This document shows, piece by piece, positions 7,146 through 18,667 of a stretch of 64,000 nucleotides of DNA. The notes below the pieces were generated by a model. The model was not told the origin of the DNA and ran no database searches. It was given only the letters and a program-made list of their open reading frames with translations. The translations under genes and the position numbers were made by a program. This stretch comes from an uncultured Clostridium sp. GTDB taxonomy: Bacteria; Bacillota; Clostridia; Lachnospirales; Lachnospiraceae. The stretch's first letter is position 1; every line of letters starts with the position of its first letter. The stretch spans positions 4,839-68,838 of the forward strand of contig URNT01000011.1 of assembly GCA_900549235.1 (NCBI GenBank), in the 5' to 3' direction.

Positions 7146-7775
7146 ATGGACAATGTAATGGTTTTTGACCACCCGCTGATTCAGCACAAAATTTCGATCC
7201 TGCGCAATAAATCAACCGGAACCAATGAATTCCGCGCCTTGATCGAGGAGATTGCCAACCTGATGGGCTTTGAGGCCCTCCGTGACCTGCCATTAGAGGA
7301 TGTGGAGGTAGAAACTCCCATCGAAACCTGTATGACCCCTATGCTGGCAGGCCGCAAGCTGGCCATCGTCCCCATCCTGCGTGCCGGCCTTGGCATGGTA
7401 AACGGGATCCTGGCCCTGGTGCCAAGCGCGAAGGTTGGCCACATCGGTCTGTACCGCGACGAGGTGACCCATGAGCCTCATGAATACTACTGCAAGCTTC
7501 CGGATCCCATCGAGGAGCGTACCATTATCGTCACAGACCCCATGCTGGCTACCGGCGGTTCCGCTGTTTCCGCTGTTGACTTTATCAAGGCCCACGGCGG
7601 AAAAAAGATTAAGTTCATGGCGATCATCGCAGCTCCTGAGGGGTTAGAGCGTCTGAGAGCGGCCCATCCGGACATCCAGATCTATATCGGCCACTTAGAC
7701 CGCTGCCTCAATGAAAATGCCTACATCTGCCCAGGTCTTGGAGATGCAGGTGACCGTATTTTCGGAACTAAATAA
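7146..7775 (+). CDS. upp: Uracil phosphoribosyltransferase
   Basis: [33 protein letters not shown]. Confidence 0.97.
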   Translation: MDNVMVFDHPLIQHKISILRNKSTGTNEFRALIEEIANLMGFEALRDLPLEDVEVETPIETCMTPMLAGRKLAIVPILRAGLGMVNGILALVPSAKVGHIGLYRDEVTHEPHEYYCKLPDPIEERTIIVTDPMLATGGSAVSAVDFIKAHGGKKIKFMAIIAAPEGLERLRAAHPDIQIYIGHLDRCLNENAYICPGLGDAGDRIFGTK

Positions 7776-7783
7776 AACAAACT

Positions 7784-7830
7784 GCCCCGGCCCGCACAGT
7801 GATCCTGTGCAGCCGGGGCTTCTTTTTATT
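7784..7830. terminator. Terminator between convergent genes
   Basis: GCCCCGGC...GCCGGGGC stem followed by T-rich tract. Confidence 0.65.
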
Positions 7831-8551
7831 TCACTACCTTAAGTCCGCCTTTTCCTTTTTCTTCAGCTTCCTGCTCTCTTACTTCCTTAACTACGATCTC
7901 AGACTGGCTCTTGTAGATAGACTCAGCCGGTACGCAGCCTCTTACGCTGGAAAGAGGATAGATGTTAGTATTCTTTCCTACTACAGTTCCCGGATTTAAG
8001 ACGCTGTTGCAGCCTACCTCAACGTGATCGCCCAGGATCGCGCCGAATTTCTTTAAGCCGGTGGTCACATCACCGTTCTCAGCGTGTACCTTTACAAGGG
8101 TCTTGTCAGACTTTACATTGGAGGTAACAGCGCCTGCTCCCAGGTGGGACTTGTAGCCCAGGATCGAATCGCCTACATAGTTGAAATGAGGGATCTGAAC
8201 CTCATCAAAGATAATGGAATTTTTGATCTCACAGGAATTGCCGATGACAGCCTTCTCACCGATAATCACACTGCCTCTTAAGTAAGCGCTCTGTCGGATC
8301 TGTGCGCCTGTGCAGATGATCATAGGACCTGCCATGGCTACGGTAGGTGCTACCTTTACGCTTCTGTGCACCCAGATATTCCGGCCCAGCTTTTTGTACT
8401 CAGACTCCGGCAGCAGCTCGCCCAGAGATTCGATAAAGCTTCCAAGCTCGGAAAGAACCTCCCAGGGATATACATGGCCTTCAAAAATCTTCTCCGCAAT
8501 AGTATGGTTGGTGCCTAACAGTTCTCTGATTGTCATCTGTTCTAACTTCAT
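7826..8551 (-). CDS. GlmU-like left-handed beta-helix acyltransferase (acetyltransferase domain only)
   Basis: Hexapeptide repeats; PHFNYVGDSILG, KKFGAILGD. Confidence 0.85.
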   Translation of the reverse strand: MKLEQMTIRELLGTNHTIAEKIFEGHVYPWEVLSELGSFIESLGELLPESEYKKLGRNIWVHRSVKVAPTVAMAGPMIICTGAQIRQSAYLRGSVIIGEKAVIGNSCEIKNSIIFDEVQIPHFNYVGDSILGYKSHLGAGAVTSNVKSDKTLVKVHAENGDVTTGLKKFGAILGDHVEVGCNSVLNPGTVVGKNTNIYPLSSVRGCVPAESIYKSQSEIVVKEVREQEAEEKGKGGLKVVK

Positions 8552-8554
8552 AGG

Positions 8555-10561
8555 TTAATTCTCCTTTTTTGTTTTATAAAATACAGCAGCCGCATCAAAC
8601 AGGCCCCGCATATCATGCTGGTTGTTCATACGGATGACATTAACAGTTCTTCCCGCTACAAAGCGTTCCAGCTTCTCCATATATTCACCGGAGGTAATGG
8701 AACCCTCGGAAACATAGGTAAGCCCTTTCTCCCAGCTGGCTGTCAGCTCCGGGTTTAAAAGCTGGCGGATGGAATGGTCCACTACATCAAAGACCATCTC
8801 TCCTAAAAGGGAGGGAGTTATGATCTGAGTCTTTTGGTTGAGGCTCAGATACCGGATGCTAAAGAGCTTTTTGAGGATCTCCGCCCGCGTGGCGCTGGTG
8901 CCGATGCCGCTGCCCTTGATCTGGGCCCGCAGCTCCTCATCCTCGATCAGCTGCCCCGCATTCTCCATGGCGAGGATCATAGAGCCAGAGGTGTAGCGCT
9001 TGGGCGGTGAGGTTTCTCCTTCCTTTACCTTCAGCTCCGCTAAAGTAAGTATATCACCTTTTTTCAATTCTGCAAGCATATCAAGCAATACAGTTCTGTC
9101 AACTTTTGGGGCCTGGTCCTCGTTTTCAGGGCTTACATCCGCCACCTTCAGGTACCCCGGTTCTGAAAGTACCTTAAAGCTGGCAAAAAAATGCTCCTTC
9201 CTGCGCTCTAAATCCAGGGTATATTTCTGATATACGGCCGCCGGATAAAAAATACTGAGAAATCTCCGGCAGATAACTTGATATACCTTTTCAGACAAAG
9301 GGGACAGCCGTCCCGCTCCCCCGCCGCCCTGGCCGGTAGGCACAATGGCGTAATGGTCGGTGATCTGTTTGTCATTAACATATCGTGTCTTTGAAATGTT
9401 CTTGTAGGAGCCCTGATCCAGGATCTCAGAGGCAAATGCCGCTACCGGAGGATACTGCCTGAGGCCGCCGATATTTTTATAGATCTCCTTTGCCACTGCC
9501 GTGGAAAGAACCCTGGCATCCGTTCTGGGATAGGTGACCATCTTTTTCTCATACAGTTCCTGGACGATCTTAAGAGTCTCGTCAGGGCTGATCTTAAACA
9601 TTTTGGAGCAGTCATTCTGAAGCTCTGCCAGGTTATAAAGAAGAGGAGGATTTTTAGTTTCCTTCTTCTTCTCCTTCAAGCGCACCACAGCAGTCAGCGG
9701 CGGCTCTTCTTTTAAAAATGCAATCAGCTCCTCAGCCTGCTTACGGTCCTTAAAGCCATTGTCCTTATAAAGGAAGGGGGTGCCGAAGTATTTGGAACCT
9801 TCCACTGCCTTCCACTCTGCGTCGAAGGGAACCGGCGTCCCATCCTTTCCCGGAGCTTCAAAGGTGCCGATTACACGGTAAAAGGGAGTTTTTACAAAGC
9901 TGCGTATTTCCCGCTCCCTGCGGACTACCATGCCAAGAACACAGGTCATCACCCGGCCTACAGAAAGGACGGTGAATTTGGTTCCCAGATAGTTTGAAAG
10001 AGAGGGACCGTATTTCAGGGTCAGGACCCGGGAGAAATTGATCCCCATCAGATAATCCTCCTTGGCTCTTAAGTAAGCGGAGGCAGACAGGTTATCGTAC
10101 TCTGACTCATCCTTTGCCTCCCGGATCCCCCTCAGGATCTCCTCTTCTGTCTGGGAATCGATCCACACACGCTTCTGGATCTTGTCCTTCACCCCTGCCA
10201 TCTGGGCTACCAGCCGGTAGATATACTCGCCCTCACGCCCAGAGTCTGTACACACATAGATGGTGTCAATATCCGGGCGGTTTAACAGCCCCTTGACGAT
10301 CTCAAACTGCTTTGCCACACCAGGGATCACCTCGTACTGGAACTGGGCAGGAAGGAAAGGCAGAGTGTTAAGGCTCCAGCGCTTATACTTCATATCATAG
10401 GCTTCGGGATAGCTCATGGTCACCAGATGGCCCACGCACCAGGTCACCACAGCCTCTTCCGATTCGATATAGCCGTCTGACCGCCTGCCACGCAGCTTTA
10501 AGGCATCCGCGAACTGCTGGGCCACGCTGGGCTTTTCTGCTATGTATAATGATTTTGACAT
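8555..10561 (-). CDS. topB: DNA topoisomerase III (type IA)
   Basis: IAEKPS, DSGREGE, TYPRTD, GIGTSATRA. Confidence 0.92.
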   Translation of the reverse strand: MSKSLYIAEKPSVAQQFADALKLRGRRSDGYIESEEAVVTWCVGHLVTMSYPEAYDMKYKRWSLNTLPFLPAQFQYEVIPGVAKQFEIVKGLLNRPDIDTIYVCTDSGREGEYIYRLVAQMAGVKDKIQKRVWIDSQTEEEILRGIREAKDESEYDNLSASAYLRAKEDYLMGINFSRVLTLKYGPSLSNYLGTKFTVLSVGRVMTCVLGMVVRREREIRSFVKTPFYRVIGTFEAPGKDGTPVPFDAEWKAVEGSKYFGTPFLYKDNGFKDRKQAEELIAFLKEEPPLTAVVRLKEKKKETKNPPLLYNLAELQNDCSKMFKISPDETLKIVQELYEKKMVTYPRTDARVLSTAVAKEIYKNIGGLRQYPPVAAFASEILDQGSYKNISKTRYVNDKQITDHYAIVPTGQGGGGAGRLSPLSEKVYQVICRRFLSIFYPAAVYQKYTLDLERRKEHFFASFKVLSEPGYLKVADVSPENEDQAPKVDRTVLLDMLAELKKGDILTLAELKVKEGETSPPKRYTSGSMILAMENAGQLIEDEELRAQIKGSGIGTSATRAEILKKLFSIRYLSLNQKTQIITPSLLGEMVFDVVDHSIRQLLNPELTASWEKGLTYVSEGSITSGEYMEKLERFVAGRTVNVIRMNNQHDMRGLFDAAAVFYKTKKEN

Positions 10562-10689
10562 TCAATCCCTCATTTTCTGTTTCCATGCCTTTGAAGGCAC
10601 ATGTTGTTTTAGTATATCATTAAATGGCCCGATTGGCAAGGGTCAGGAAAAGCCGCCGGAACCATTTTTACAGCTCCCGCGGCTTTTTC

Positions 10690-11751
10690 CTATGATTCTG
10701 TATAAAATTTATATACGGTACTTGTCTGATACGCCTCTCCCGCTTTTAAGATTGGCGACGGGAATTGGGGCTTATGGCAGGCGTCTGGATAATACTGGGT
10801 TTCAAAGCAATAAGCATGACGGCTGCCGTAGCGGGTGCCGCCCTTTCCGGCCAGCTCGCCGGTAAGGAAATTAGCGGTGTAGAACTGGATGCCGGGAAGA
10901 TCGGTCCAGGTCTCCATTACACGGCCGCTTGCCGGATCCTTTGCCTTGGCAGCCAGGGCAAGAACGCCTGGCTCATGGTCCAGAACCCAGTTGTGGTCAT
11001 AGCCCTTGCCGAAATTCAGAGCCTCAAAGTCAGCGCCGATGTCCTGGCCAATGGCCTTCATTTCCGTAAAGTCCATAGGCGTACCGGCTACCGGGGCGAT
11101 CTCCCCGGTGGGGATGGACACCTCGTCTGCCGGTGTGTAATGGGAAGCACCAAGCCATACCAGCTGGTCCAGTACCGGGCCGCTGCCCTGGCCTGCCAGG
11201 TTAAAATAGCTGTGGTTGGTAAAGTTTGCCACTGTATCCGCGTCACATACCATATGATAATCCAGCACCAGGCTGTTTTCCTCTGTCAAAGTATAGCTGA
11301 CAGTGATCTTCGCGTTGCCTGGATACCCCTGGTCTCCGTCAGGACTTTCCAGATAGAAATCAAGGCGGCTGCCCTGGTCTGTCTCAGAGGGGCTGCACTC
11401 CCAGATCCGGTTGTGGTACAGATCCGGCGCACTGTGGAGGTTGTTGGGGCCGTTGTTGGCCGCCAGCTTATAATCCTTTCCGTCAATGGTGATCACTGCT
11501 CCGCCGATCCGGTTGGCGTTGCGGCCGATGGGCGCGCCAAAATGGGGCGGATTTTTCCGGTAGCTGTCCAGATCATCATAGCCCAGCACAACATCCTCCA
11601 TTTTCCCGCCTCTGTCCGGCACCAGCATGGATACCCAGATGCCTCCCAGGGTGATAAAAGAGGCGCTGATCCCCTGTGAATTCGTCAGGGTGTACTTAAA
11701 AACCTCTTGCCCTGAGGGCATAAACCCAAATGATTCTTTTTTAATTGCCAT
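10690..11751 (-). CDS. galM: Aldose 1-epimerase
   Basis: GRNANRI, NFTNHSYFNL, GYDHNW, CFETQ. Confidence 0.95.
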   Translation of the reverse strand: MAIKKESFGFMPSGQEVFKYTLTNSQGISASFITLGGIWVSMLVPDRGGKMEDVVLGYDDLDSYRKNPPHFGAPIGRNANRIGGAVITIDGKDYKLAANNGPNNLHSAPDLYHNRIWECSPSETDQGSRLDFYLESPDGDQGYPGNAKITVSYTLTEENSLVLDYHMVCDADTVANFTNHSYFNLAGQGSGPVLDQLVWLGASHYTPADEVSIPTGEIAPVAGTPMDFTEMKAIGQDIGADFEALNFGKGYDHNWVLDHEPGVLALAAKAKDPASGRVMETWTDLPGIQFYTANFLTGELAGKGGTRYGSRHAYCFETQYYPDACHKPQFPSPILKAGEAYQTSTVYKFYTES

Positions 11752-11803
11752 GATTCTGTCTCCTTCTCCTGAATCAAATGTAAGGTCCCCCGTCTGACCT
11801 GAA

Positions 11804-12901
11804 TTATTTCGCAGAAATGTAGCCCTTTGCGGTCAGAAATTCTGCGCATAAAACAGCGCCGCCTGCTGCTCCACGGACTGTATTATGGGAAAGTCCTACA
11901 AACTTGTAATCGTAAACAGTGTCCTCTCTCAGACGTCCGATGGAAATGCCCATTCCATTTTCATAATCTACATCTAGGGTTACCTGAGGACGGTTATCCT
12001 CCTCCAGGTACTGGATAAACTGCTTGGGAGCGCTTGGAAGCTCCAGCTCCTGAGGAAGCCCTCTGTAGCTTACCAGCTTCTCGATGAGCTGCTCTTTGGT
12101 TGGATTCTTTCTGAATTTTACAAATACAGCGGCTGTATGTCCGTTGAGCACCGGCACCCGGATACACTGGCAGGTGATCAGGGGACTTTCTGCCTTTACG
12201 ATCACGCCGTCCTTAATTTCACCCCACAGACGGAGGGGCTCCTGCTCGCTCTTTTCCTCCTCACCGCCGATGTAGGGGATGATATTGCCCTCCATCTCCG
12301 GCCAGTCCTTAAAGGTCTTTCCAGCTCCGGAAATCGCCTGATATGTAGTAGCCACTACCTCGTATGGCTCAAATTCCTTCCATGCAGTCAGCACCGGCGC
12401 ATAGCTCTGGATGGAACAGTTTGGCTTTACAGCAATAAATCCCCGCTCTGTGCCAAGGCGCTTTCTCTGGAACGGAATTACGTCAAAATGCTCCGGATTG
12501 ATCTCCGGCACAACCATAGGAACATCCGGCGTCCAGCGGTGGGCGCTGTTGTTGGAGACAACAGGAGTCTCTGTTTTTGCGTAGGCCTCCTCAATCGCCT
12601 TAATCTCCTCCTTTGTCATATCCACAGCGCTGAATACAAAGTCGACGCTGGCTGCTACCTTCTCGACCTCATTCACATTCATCACAACCAGGTTTTTAAC
12701 AGCCTCCGGCATCGGGGTAGTCATCTTCCAGCGTCCGCCCACTGCCTCCTCATAGGTTTTTCCGGCAGAACGGGGGCTTGCAGCGACCGTTACCACCTGA
12801 TACCATGGATGATTCTCCAGCAGCGCGATAAAGCGCTGTCCCACCATACCTGTTGCACCTAATATTCCGACTCTTAATTTCTTTTCCATAGTCCCTTCCA
12901 T
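11804..12901 (-). CDS. asd: Aspartate-semialdehyde dehydrogenase
   Basis: GATGMVG, KPNCS, QAISGAG, HNTVRGAAG; start may be 12889. Confidence 0.96.
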   Translation of the reverse strand: MEGTMEKKLRVGILGATGMVGQRFIALLENHPWYQVVTVAASPRSAGKTYEEAVGGRWKMTTPMPEAVKNLVVMNVNEVEKVAASVDFVFSAVDMTKEEIKAIEEAYAKTETPVVSNNSAHRWTPDVPMVVPEINPEHFDVIPFQRKRLGTERGFIAVKPNCSIQSYAPVLTAWKEFEPYEVVATTYQAISGAGKTFKDWPEMEGNIIPYIGGEEEKSEQEPLRLWGEIKDGVIVKAESPLITCQCIRVPVLNGHTAAVFVKFRKNPTKEQLIEKLVSYRGLPQELELPSAPKQFIQYLEEDNRPQVTLDVDYENGMGISIGRLREDTVYDYKFVGLSHNTVRGAAGGAVLCAEFLTAKGYISAK

Positions 12902-13062
12902 CTCCTCATAATCCTATTTTTGTCCCTGTAGCTGACTTCCTTTCAGGGAATCTTTCCCTATCCTATAACAAAGTTGAAAAAAATGCAAGAAGAAATTCGT
13001 CTTTTGCGCACATTTGTATTTGTAGCACGGACTGCCGTGAAATTTTGTTTGCGGACGCCTTT

Positions 13063-15297
13063 TTATAACCGTATTTTACTGCCTTTTCCGTCACGCTTTG
13101 ACAGCTTTAAGCGGTTTAACTGCACTTCACGGTCTTTATACCGGATCACAGGCTTTTCGCCGATCAGGTACAGAGCTTCCAATTCCTCATTTTTAGCCAG
13201 CTTGATTCCTCTTACGCCACGGGAGGCTTTTTTTAGGAGAGAAATCTCCTCTAAGGCGAAGCGCAGGAATACGCCTCCTGTGGTCTGGAGTACAGCCTCT
13301 GTCTCTCCCATGACAGGCACTACGGAAACCACCTCGTCACCCTCCTGAAGCTTGGTAGCGGCTACCGTCCGGTTGTTAGTCTCAAATTCTTCTGCCGGTA
13401 CCTGCTTTACCATAGCCATCTTTGTGGCAAACACAAGGATCCGTCCCTTCAGAGCGCCGGTGCTGGTCAGATAGCAGATCCGGTCCTTGGAGCCGTCATA
13501 CTTGCTTACGTTTTCAATGGGCACTCCCTTGTCCCGGAGCTTTCCGGAAGGAATATCCGCGATCTTGATCTGGTGCAGCAGCCCGGAGGCAGTAAAGAGG
13601 CAGAGCTTATCTGTATTCAGACAGCGGAGAATGTGAACCTGTTCTGTATCCACCGTCTCCTGGTTGCGCTCGTAAGTGGACTTGTCCAGAAGCTTGCAGT
13701 AGCCGAAGCGGTCCATTACAAAAACCACCTCCTGAACCGGTACGGCCGCTTCTACATAAACGGCCTCCGGGCCGTCCTCAATGTGGGTCCGCCTTGGAAC
13801 CCCAAACTCGCTGCGGATGGCTGCCAAGTCATCCTTAATCACCTGGTTCATCACTGCCCTGCTTCCAAGGATTTTCTTATACTCAGCAATTTTTTTAAGG
13901 GTTGCCTTATGCTCCTTTTCAAGAGCCAGGATTTCCAGTCCGATGAGCTTATACAGGCGCATTTCCAGGATAGCGGAGGCCTGGCGCTCAGTAAAGGACA
14001 GCTTCCCTGCGTCCTCCTCAAAGCCCGGCACCCGGAACTGGATATTGGAGGTATCGCCCGTCATCAGACAGGCCTTGGCATCCTTTAAGTTCTTTGAGCC
14101 TCTTAAAATGGCAATGATCAGGTCGATGCAGTCGCAGGCGGCGATCAGGCCCTCCTGAACCTCCTTTTTATCCAGCTCCTTTTCTAACAGCACATTGTAT
14201 TTCCGTTCTGTGTTCTGGTACTGGAACTCCATAAAATTCCTGAGGATCCCCTTCAAGTTCAGTGTCTCCGGCCTGCCGCCTGCGATGGCAAGCATATTGA
14301 CGCCGAAGGTGTCCTCCAGTTTGGTTTTCTTATAGAGGATATTTTTGATGCGGTCAATGTCCGCATCCTTGCGAAGCTCCAGTACGATCCGGATCCCCTC
14401 CTTATTGGATTGGTTGGAAATGTCCACCACATCCGTCAGCTTTTTACTCTCTACCAGATCTGCCACATCCATAAGGAATTTGTTGATACCGGCGCCGATC
14501 ATGGTATAGGGGATTTCTGTGATCACCAGCTTGTCCTTATCTGCCTTCCGCTTTCCAAGCTCTACCTCAAAGCGGCCTCTCAGCTTGATCTTTCCCGCCC
14601 CTGTCTCATAGATGGACAAAAGCTCGCTTTTATTGGCAATAATGCCGCCGGTAGGGAAATCAGGCCCAGGCATGTATTCCATCAGCTTTTCTGTGGAGAT
14701 GGCCGGATCATCGATATAAGCCATTACCACGTCGGTCACCTCTCCCAGATTATGAGGCGGGATGCTGGTGCTCATGCCTACAGCAATGCCCTCCGCGCCA
14801 TTGATCAGAAGGTTTGGAACACGGACTGGAAGAACCTCCGGCTCCTTTTCTGTTTCGTCATAGTTGGGGACGAAATTCACCGTTTTGTCCAGGTCCTTTA
14901 AATATACCTCCTGGGCAAATTTTTCAAGGCGGGCCTCAGTATAACGCATGGCGGCGGCTCCGTCTCCCTCGATGGAGCCGAAGTTTCCGTGTCCGTCTAC
15001 CAGAGCCATCCCTTTTTTAAATTCCTGGCTCATGACCACCAGGGTATCGTAGATAGAGCTGTCACCGTGGGGATGGTATTTACCCATGGTATCGCCTACG
15101 ATACGGGCCGATTTCCTGTGGGGCTTGTCATGATCCAGATGGAGCTGGCTCATATCGTAGAGCACACGGCGCTGCACCGGCTTTAAGCCGTCCCTGGCAT
15201 CAGGGATGGCTCTGGCGGTAATGACGCTCATGGAGTAGTTCATATAGCTCCGCTGCATTTCCTCGCTGTATTCCGTTCTTAATATCTTTTCAGCCAT
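13063..15297 (-). CDS. parC: Type IIA topoisomerase subunit A (ParC-like)
   Basis: [22 protein letters not shown]; no QxRGGxG GyrA-box seen in the short CTD. Confidence 0.8.
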   Translation of the reverse strand: MAEKILRTEYSEEMQRSYMNYSMSVITARAIPDARDGLKPVQRRVLYDMSQLHLDHDKPHRKSARIVGDTMGKYHPHGDSSIYDTLVVMSQEFKKGMALVDGHGNFGSIEGDGAAAMRYTEARLEKFAQEVYLKDLDKTVNFVPNYDETEKEPEVLPVRVPNLLINGAEGIAVGMSTSIPPHNLGEVTDVVMAYIDDPAISTEKLMEYMPGPDFPTGGIIANKSELLSIYETGAGKIKLRGRFEVELGKRKADKDKLVITEIPYTMIGAGINKFLMDVADLVESKKLTDVVDISNQSNKEGIRIVLELRKDADIDRIKNILYKKTKLEDTFGVNMLAIAGGRPETLNLKGILRNFMEFQYQNTERKYNVLLEKELDKKEVQEGLIAACDCIDLIIAILRGSKNLKDAKACLMTGDTSNIQFRVPGFEEDAGKLSFTERQASAILEMRLYKLIGLEILALEKEHKATLKKIAEYKKILGSRAVMNQVIKDDLAAIRSEFGVPRRTHIEDGPEAVYVEAAVPVQEVVFVMDRFGYCKLLDKSTYERNQETVDTEQVHILRCLNTDKLCLFTASGLLHQIKIADIPSGKLRDKGVPIENVSKYDGSKDRICYLTSTGALKGRILVFATKMAMVKQVPAEEFETNNRTVAATKLQEGDEVVSVVPVMGETEAVLQTTGGVFLRFALEEISLLKKASRGVRGIKLAKNEELEALYLIGEKPVIRYKDREVQLNRLKLSKRDGKGSKIRL

Positions 15298-15325
15298 TCT
15301 CTTCCTCGCTTTTTATTTCCTGCAT

Positions 15326-17248
15326 TTACGCGTCGATCTCCGCCTCGTCCGCGTGCTCGTAGATGAACTGGCGGCGGGGACCTACCTCACTTCCCATCAG
15401 CATCTCCGTCACCTCAGAGGCCAGTCTGGCGTCCTCGATCTCCACCCTCTTTAACACCCGGCGATCCGGATCCAGAGTGGTCTCCCAAAGCTGCTCCGCA
15501 TCCATTTCACCAAGGCCCTTATAGCGCTGAAGGGTAAAATCCCCGGTGTGGGTCCTGCGGTAGCGCTCCAGCTCTTTTTCGTCGTAAAGATACTGCTCCT
15601 CTCCCCGCCTGGGGATTACCTTAAAAAGAGGCGGCATAGCAATATACACATGGCCGTCATAGATCAGCTCCGGCATGAACCGGTACAAGAAGGTAAGGAG
15701 CAGGGTATCAATATGGCTTCCGTCTACGTCCGCATCGGTCATCAGGATGATCTTGTCGTAGCGCAGTTTTGTAATGTCAAAATCATTGCCGTAGCCCTCG
15801 GAAAAGCCGCAGCCGAAGGCGTTGATCATGGTCTTGATCTCCGCGTTGGCAAGAACCTTGTCCATGGAAGCTTTTTCTACGTTCAGGATCTTTCCCCGGA
15901 TGGGAAGGATGGCCTGATACTGGCGGTTTCTGGCGGTCTTTGCCGAGCCGCCCGCGGAATCTCCCTCTACAATAAAGATCTCACATTTTCCCGCGTCCCT
16001 GCTTTCACAGTTGGCCAGCTTTCCATTGCTGTCGAAGGAAAAACGGGACTTGGAAAGCATATTGGTCTTGGCCTTTTCCTCTGCCCGGCGGATCTTCGCG
16101 GATTTTTCGGCGCAGCCAATGATCCCCTTTAAGACCTCCAGATTCCTGTCAAAATACAGCTGCAGCTCATCGCCTGCAACGGTAAATACCGCCTTGGTGG
16201 CGTCGGCGCTTGCCAGCTTTGTCTTTGTCTGTCCCTCAAAAATGGGATCCGGGTGCTTTACTGCGATGACGGCAGTCATGCCGTTTCTGGTATCGGCTCC
16301 TGTAAAATTGGAATCCTTTTCCTTTAAGATGCCAAGCTCCCTTGCGTAGCTGTTGATCAGGGCTGTAAACTTGGTCTTAAAGCCTGCCAGGTGGGTGCCG
16401 CCTTCCTGAGTGAAAATGTTGTTGCAGAAGCCAAGGATATTTTCCTCAAAGGTATCCACAAACTGGATGGCAGCCTCTACCTCGATCTTATCCACCGTTC
16501 CCTTAAAATAGATAGGCTCATGGACCGCCTGCTTGCCGGAATTTAATTCCTTCACATAAGAGACGATACCGTCTGGCTCGTGGTAGGTAAGCTTCTCCTC
16601 CTCGCCGGTTCTTTTATTTTCATACTGGATAGTAAGGCCGGGATTTAAGTAGGCTGTCTCATGGAGACGGCTTTTGAGCCAGTCTGCTTTAAAGCGTGTT
16701 TTTTCAAAGATCTCCCCGTCGGGAAGGAAATTGATCTGGGTTCCCTTCTCTCTTGTCTTTCCGATCACAGGCAGAAGGCCGTGATCCAGCTCTACGGTAG
16801 GACGGCCCTGCTCATAGGCATCGTGGTAAATACAGCCGTCACGGTAGATTTTTATATCCATGTGCTGGGAAAGGGCATTAACAACGGAGGAGCCCACGCC
16901 GTGAAGTCCTCCGCTGGTCTTGTACGCGTTATTGTCGAATTTGCCGCCTGCGTGGAGCGTAGAAAGAACCACTCTGGCTGCCGATACGCCCTTTTTGTGC
17001 ATCTCTACCGGGATACCCCGGCCGTTATCCCGGACGGTACAGGAGCCGTCCTTTTCCAGACATACGCGCACCATGGTGCAGTAGCCGGAAAGGTGCTCAT
17101 CTACCGCATTGTCTACGATCTCATAGATCAGATGGTTCAGGCCCTTAGTACCTACACTTCCTATGTACATACCTGGGCGCTTGCGGACGGCCTCCAGTCC
17201 TTCCAGGACTGTAATACTGTCCGCGTTATACTGTTGTTCAGCTGCCAT
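15326..17248 (-). CDS. parE: Type IIA topoisomerase subunit B (ParE-like)
   Basis: VRKRPGMYIG, EIVDNAVDE, EGDSA, PIRGK, DADVDG. Confidence 0.8.
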   Translation of the reverse strand: MAAEQQYNADSITVLEGLEAVRKRPGMYIGSVGTKGLNHLIYEIVDNAVDEHLSGYCTMVRVCLEKDGSCTVRDNGRGIPVEMHKKGVSAARVVLSTLHAGGKFDNNAYKTSGGLHGVGSSVVNALSQHMDIKIYRDGCIYHDAYEQGRPTVELDHGLLPVIGKTREKGTQINFLPDGEIFEKTRFKADWLKSRLHETAYLNPGLTIQYENKRTGEEEKLTYHEPDGIVSYVKELNSGKQAVHEPIYFKGTVDKIEVEAAIQFVDTFEENILGFCNNIFTQEGGTHLAGFKTKFTALINSYARELGILKEKDSNFTGADTRNGMTAVIAVKHPDPIFEGQTKTKLASADATKAVFTVAGDELQLYFDRNLEVLKGIIGCAEKSAKIRRAEEKAKTNMLSKSRFSFDSNGKLANCESRDAGKCEIFIVEGDSAGGSAKTARNRQYQAILPIRGKILNVEKASMDKVLANAEIKTMINAFGCGFSEGYGNDFDITKLRYDKIILMTDADVDGSHIDTLLLTFLYRFMPELIYDGHVYIAMPPLFKVIPRRGEEQYLYDEKELERYRRTHTGDFTLQRYKGLGEMDAEQLWETTLDPDRRVLKRVEIEDARLASEVTEMLMGSEVGPRRQFIYEHADEAEIDA

Positions 17249-17309
17249 TCTATTCCTCCATATCTATATTATTAAATCATATTTAACCATTTTGGGCAAT
17301 CCGCTTTTG

Positions 17310-18356
17310 TCACCCTCCAAACACTGAGGACAGCTTCATATCCAGACGCCGGCACCAGTCTATAAGCTTTTCCTCCTGGTAGGAGGCGGTGCTGAAAGCC
17401 GCAAGCTCAATGGGAACCTCCAGATCGGTCCTGATGGAAGCCAGCTTCTTTGAAAGAAGGGCCTCTTTTTCCTGCTTTTCCAAGGCATTTAGGGGGGAGC
17501 GGCTGATGGAAAGCTCCTGCTTCCAGAACTCCTGGAGGGCCTTTAAGGCTTTTTTATCCTGACTGCATTCCCGGATGGCTTCGTAGATCTTTTCTACGGT
17601 GCCGTATTCATTTAACAGAGGGGCGGCGGCACTGGCAACGCCCTTTACTCCTGGGATATTGTCAGAGGCATCGCCCTTGATGCCCTTTAGATCGGGGATC
17701 TGGCAGGGCCATACCCCTTCCTCTCCGTATACATGGATGGCAGTAAATTCCACCGTTTTTTCAGGAAGGTTCAGATCCTTTTTGTCCAGGCCGTATGCCC
17801 TGTAATAATGCTCATAAAGCTCATCTGCCTTCTCCTGCTTGGACTGTACCATCCATGCTCTTACATTATGCTCATCATCCACCAGCTGCAGGTAATCATG
17901 ATCCTTGGTCATCACCACCATAGGGACCTGATCTCTGAACCGGTGAACCAGGCTTCCCGCATAGTCGTCCGCCTCATAGCGGTCGCTCATCAGCACCTGA
18001 AAACCCACCTCCTCCAGGATGCGCTCCATCAGCTGGAACTGCTCCTTAAGAGGCTCAGGGGTGGCGGAGCGGTTCCCTTTATAATCAGGGTACAGCTCCC
18101 GCCGGAAGGTATCCCTTGTCTTATCAAATACAAAAGCCATATAGGCAGGCTCCTGTTTTTTCAGCAGAGATACAATGGTTTTTATCATGCCATAGATCCC
18201 GTTGGTATAGGTGCCGTCTGAGGCATGGAGGATCTTGCCATAATGCCGCTTCCTCTCCTCCTCTGTTTTAGCAAACATCAGCTCCCTGGGGAGCACCGCA
18301 TAGTAGCAGGTGCTCAGCATGGAGGAGCCGTCAATGATTATAAACTTGTCTGACAT
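17310..18356 (-). CDS. Stand-alone 5'-3' exonuclease / flap endonuclease
   Basis: IIDGSS, YKGNR, YEADD, GDASDNIPGVKG. Confidence 0.9.
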   Translation of the reverse strand: MSDKFIIIDGSSMLSTCYYAVLPRELMFAKTEEERKRHYGKILHASDGTYTNGIYGMIKTIVSLLKKQEPAYMAFVFDKTRDTFRRELYPDYKGNRSATPEPLKEQFQLMERILEEVGFQVLMSDRYEADDYAGSLVHRFRDQVPMVVMTKDHDYLQLVDDEHNVRAWMVQSKQEKADELYEHYYRAYGLDKKDLNLPEKTVEFTAIHVYGEEGVWPCQIPDLKGIKGDASDNIPGVKGVASAAAPLLNEYGTVEKIYEAIRECSQDKKALKALQEFWKQELSISRSPLNALEKQEKEALLSKKLASIRTDLEVPIELAAFSTASYQEEKLIDWCRRLDMKLSSVFGG

Positions 18357-18381
18357 AATTATAATACTCCTACTCTATGAT

Positions 18382-18591
18382 TTACACTTCAAGAGCTTCA
18401 AGAAGCTCCCGGATTACCCGTTTTAAGATCAAGCTCATCTCTTCCTCACGTTCCTCCAGAAGGAAGATCAGCTCAAAGAGCAGCTCTGCCTTCCCTCCGA
18501 TCACCAGATCCAGGTCAACCGCAAGGTAATTCCTCATTTTCTCCTCCTCTGTCATGGCGCTGTAGCGGGCCTGTAATGCGTTTCGTTCCAT
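18382..18591 (-). CDS. Small hypothetical protein
   Basis: ATG 18591 after GAGAGGA RBS; 69 aa. Confidence 0.55.
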   Translation of the reverse strand: MERNALQARYSAMTEEEKMRNYLAVDLDLVIGGKAELLFELIFLLEEREEEMSLILKRVIRELLEALEV

Positions 18592-18667
18592 TTTCTTAGT
18601 CCTCTCTTTCTGATGTCTTTTCTGGTCAGTGTGGACGCCTGAAAGGAAAATATACAGGCCCTCAGAA

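Noticed and set aside
10765..11679. 304-aa plus-strand ORF and the many similar antisense ORFs in the track
   Set aside because: They lie fully opposite well-supported genes (here galM)
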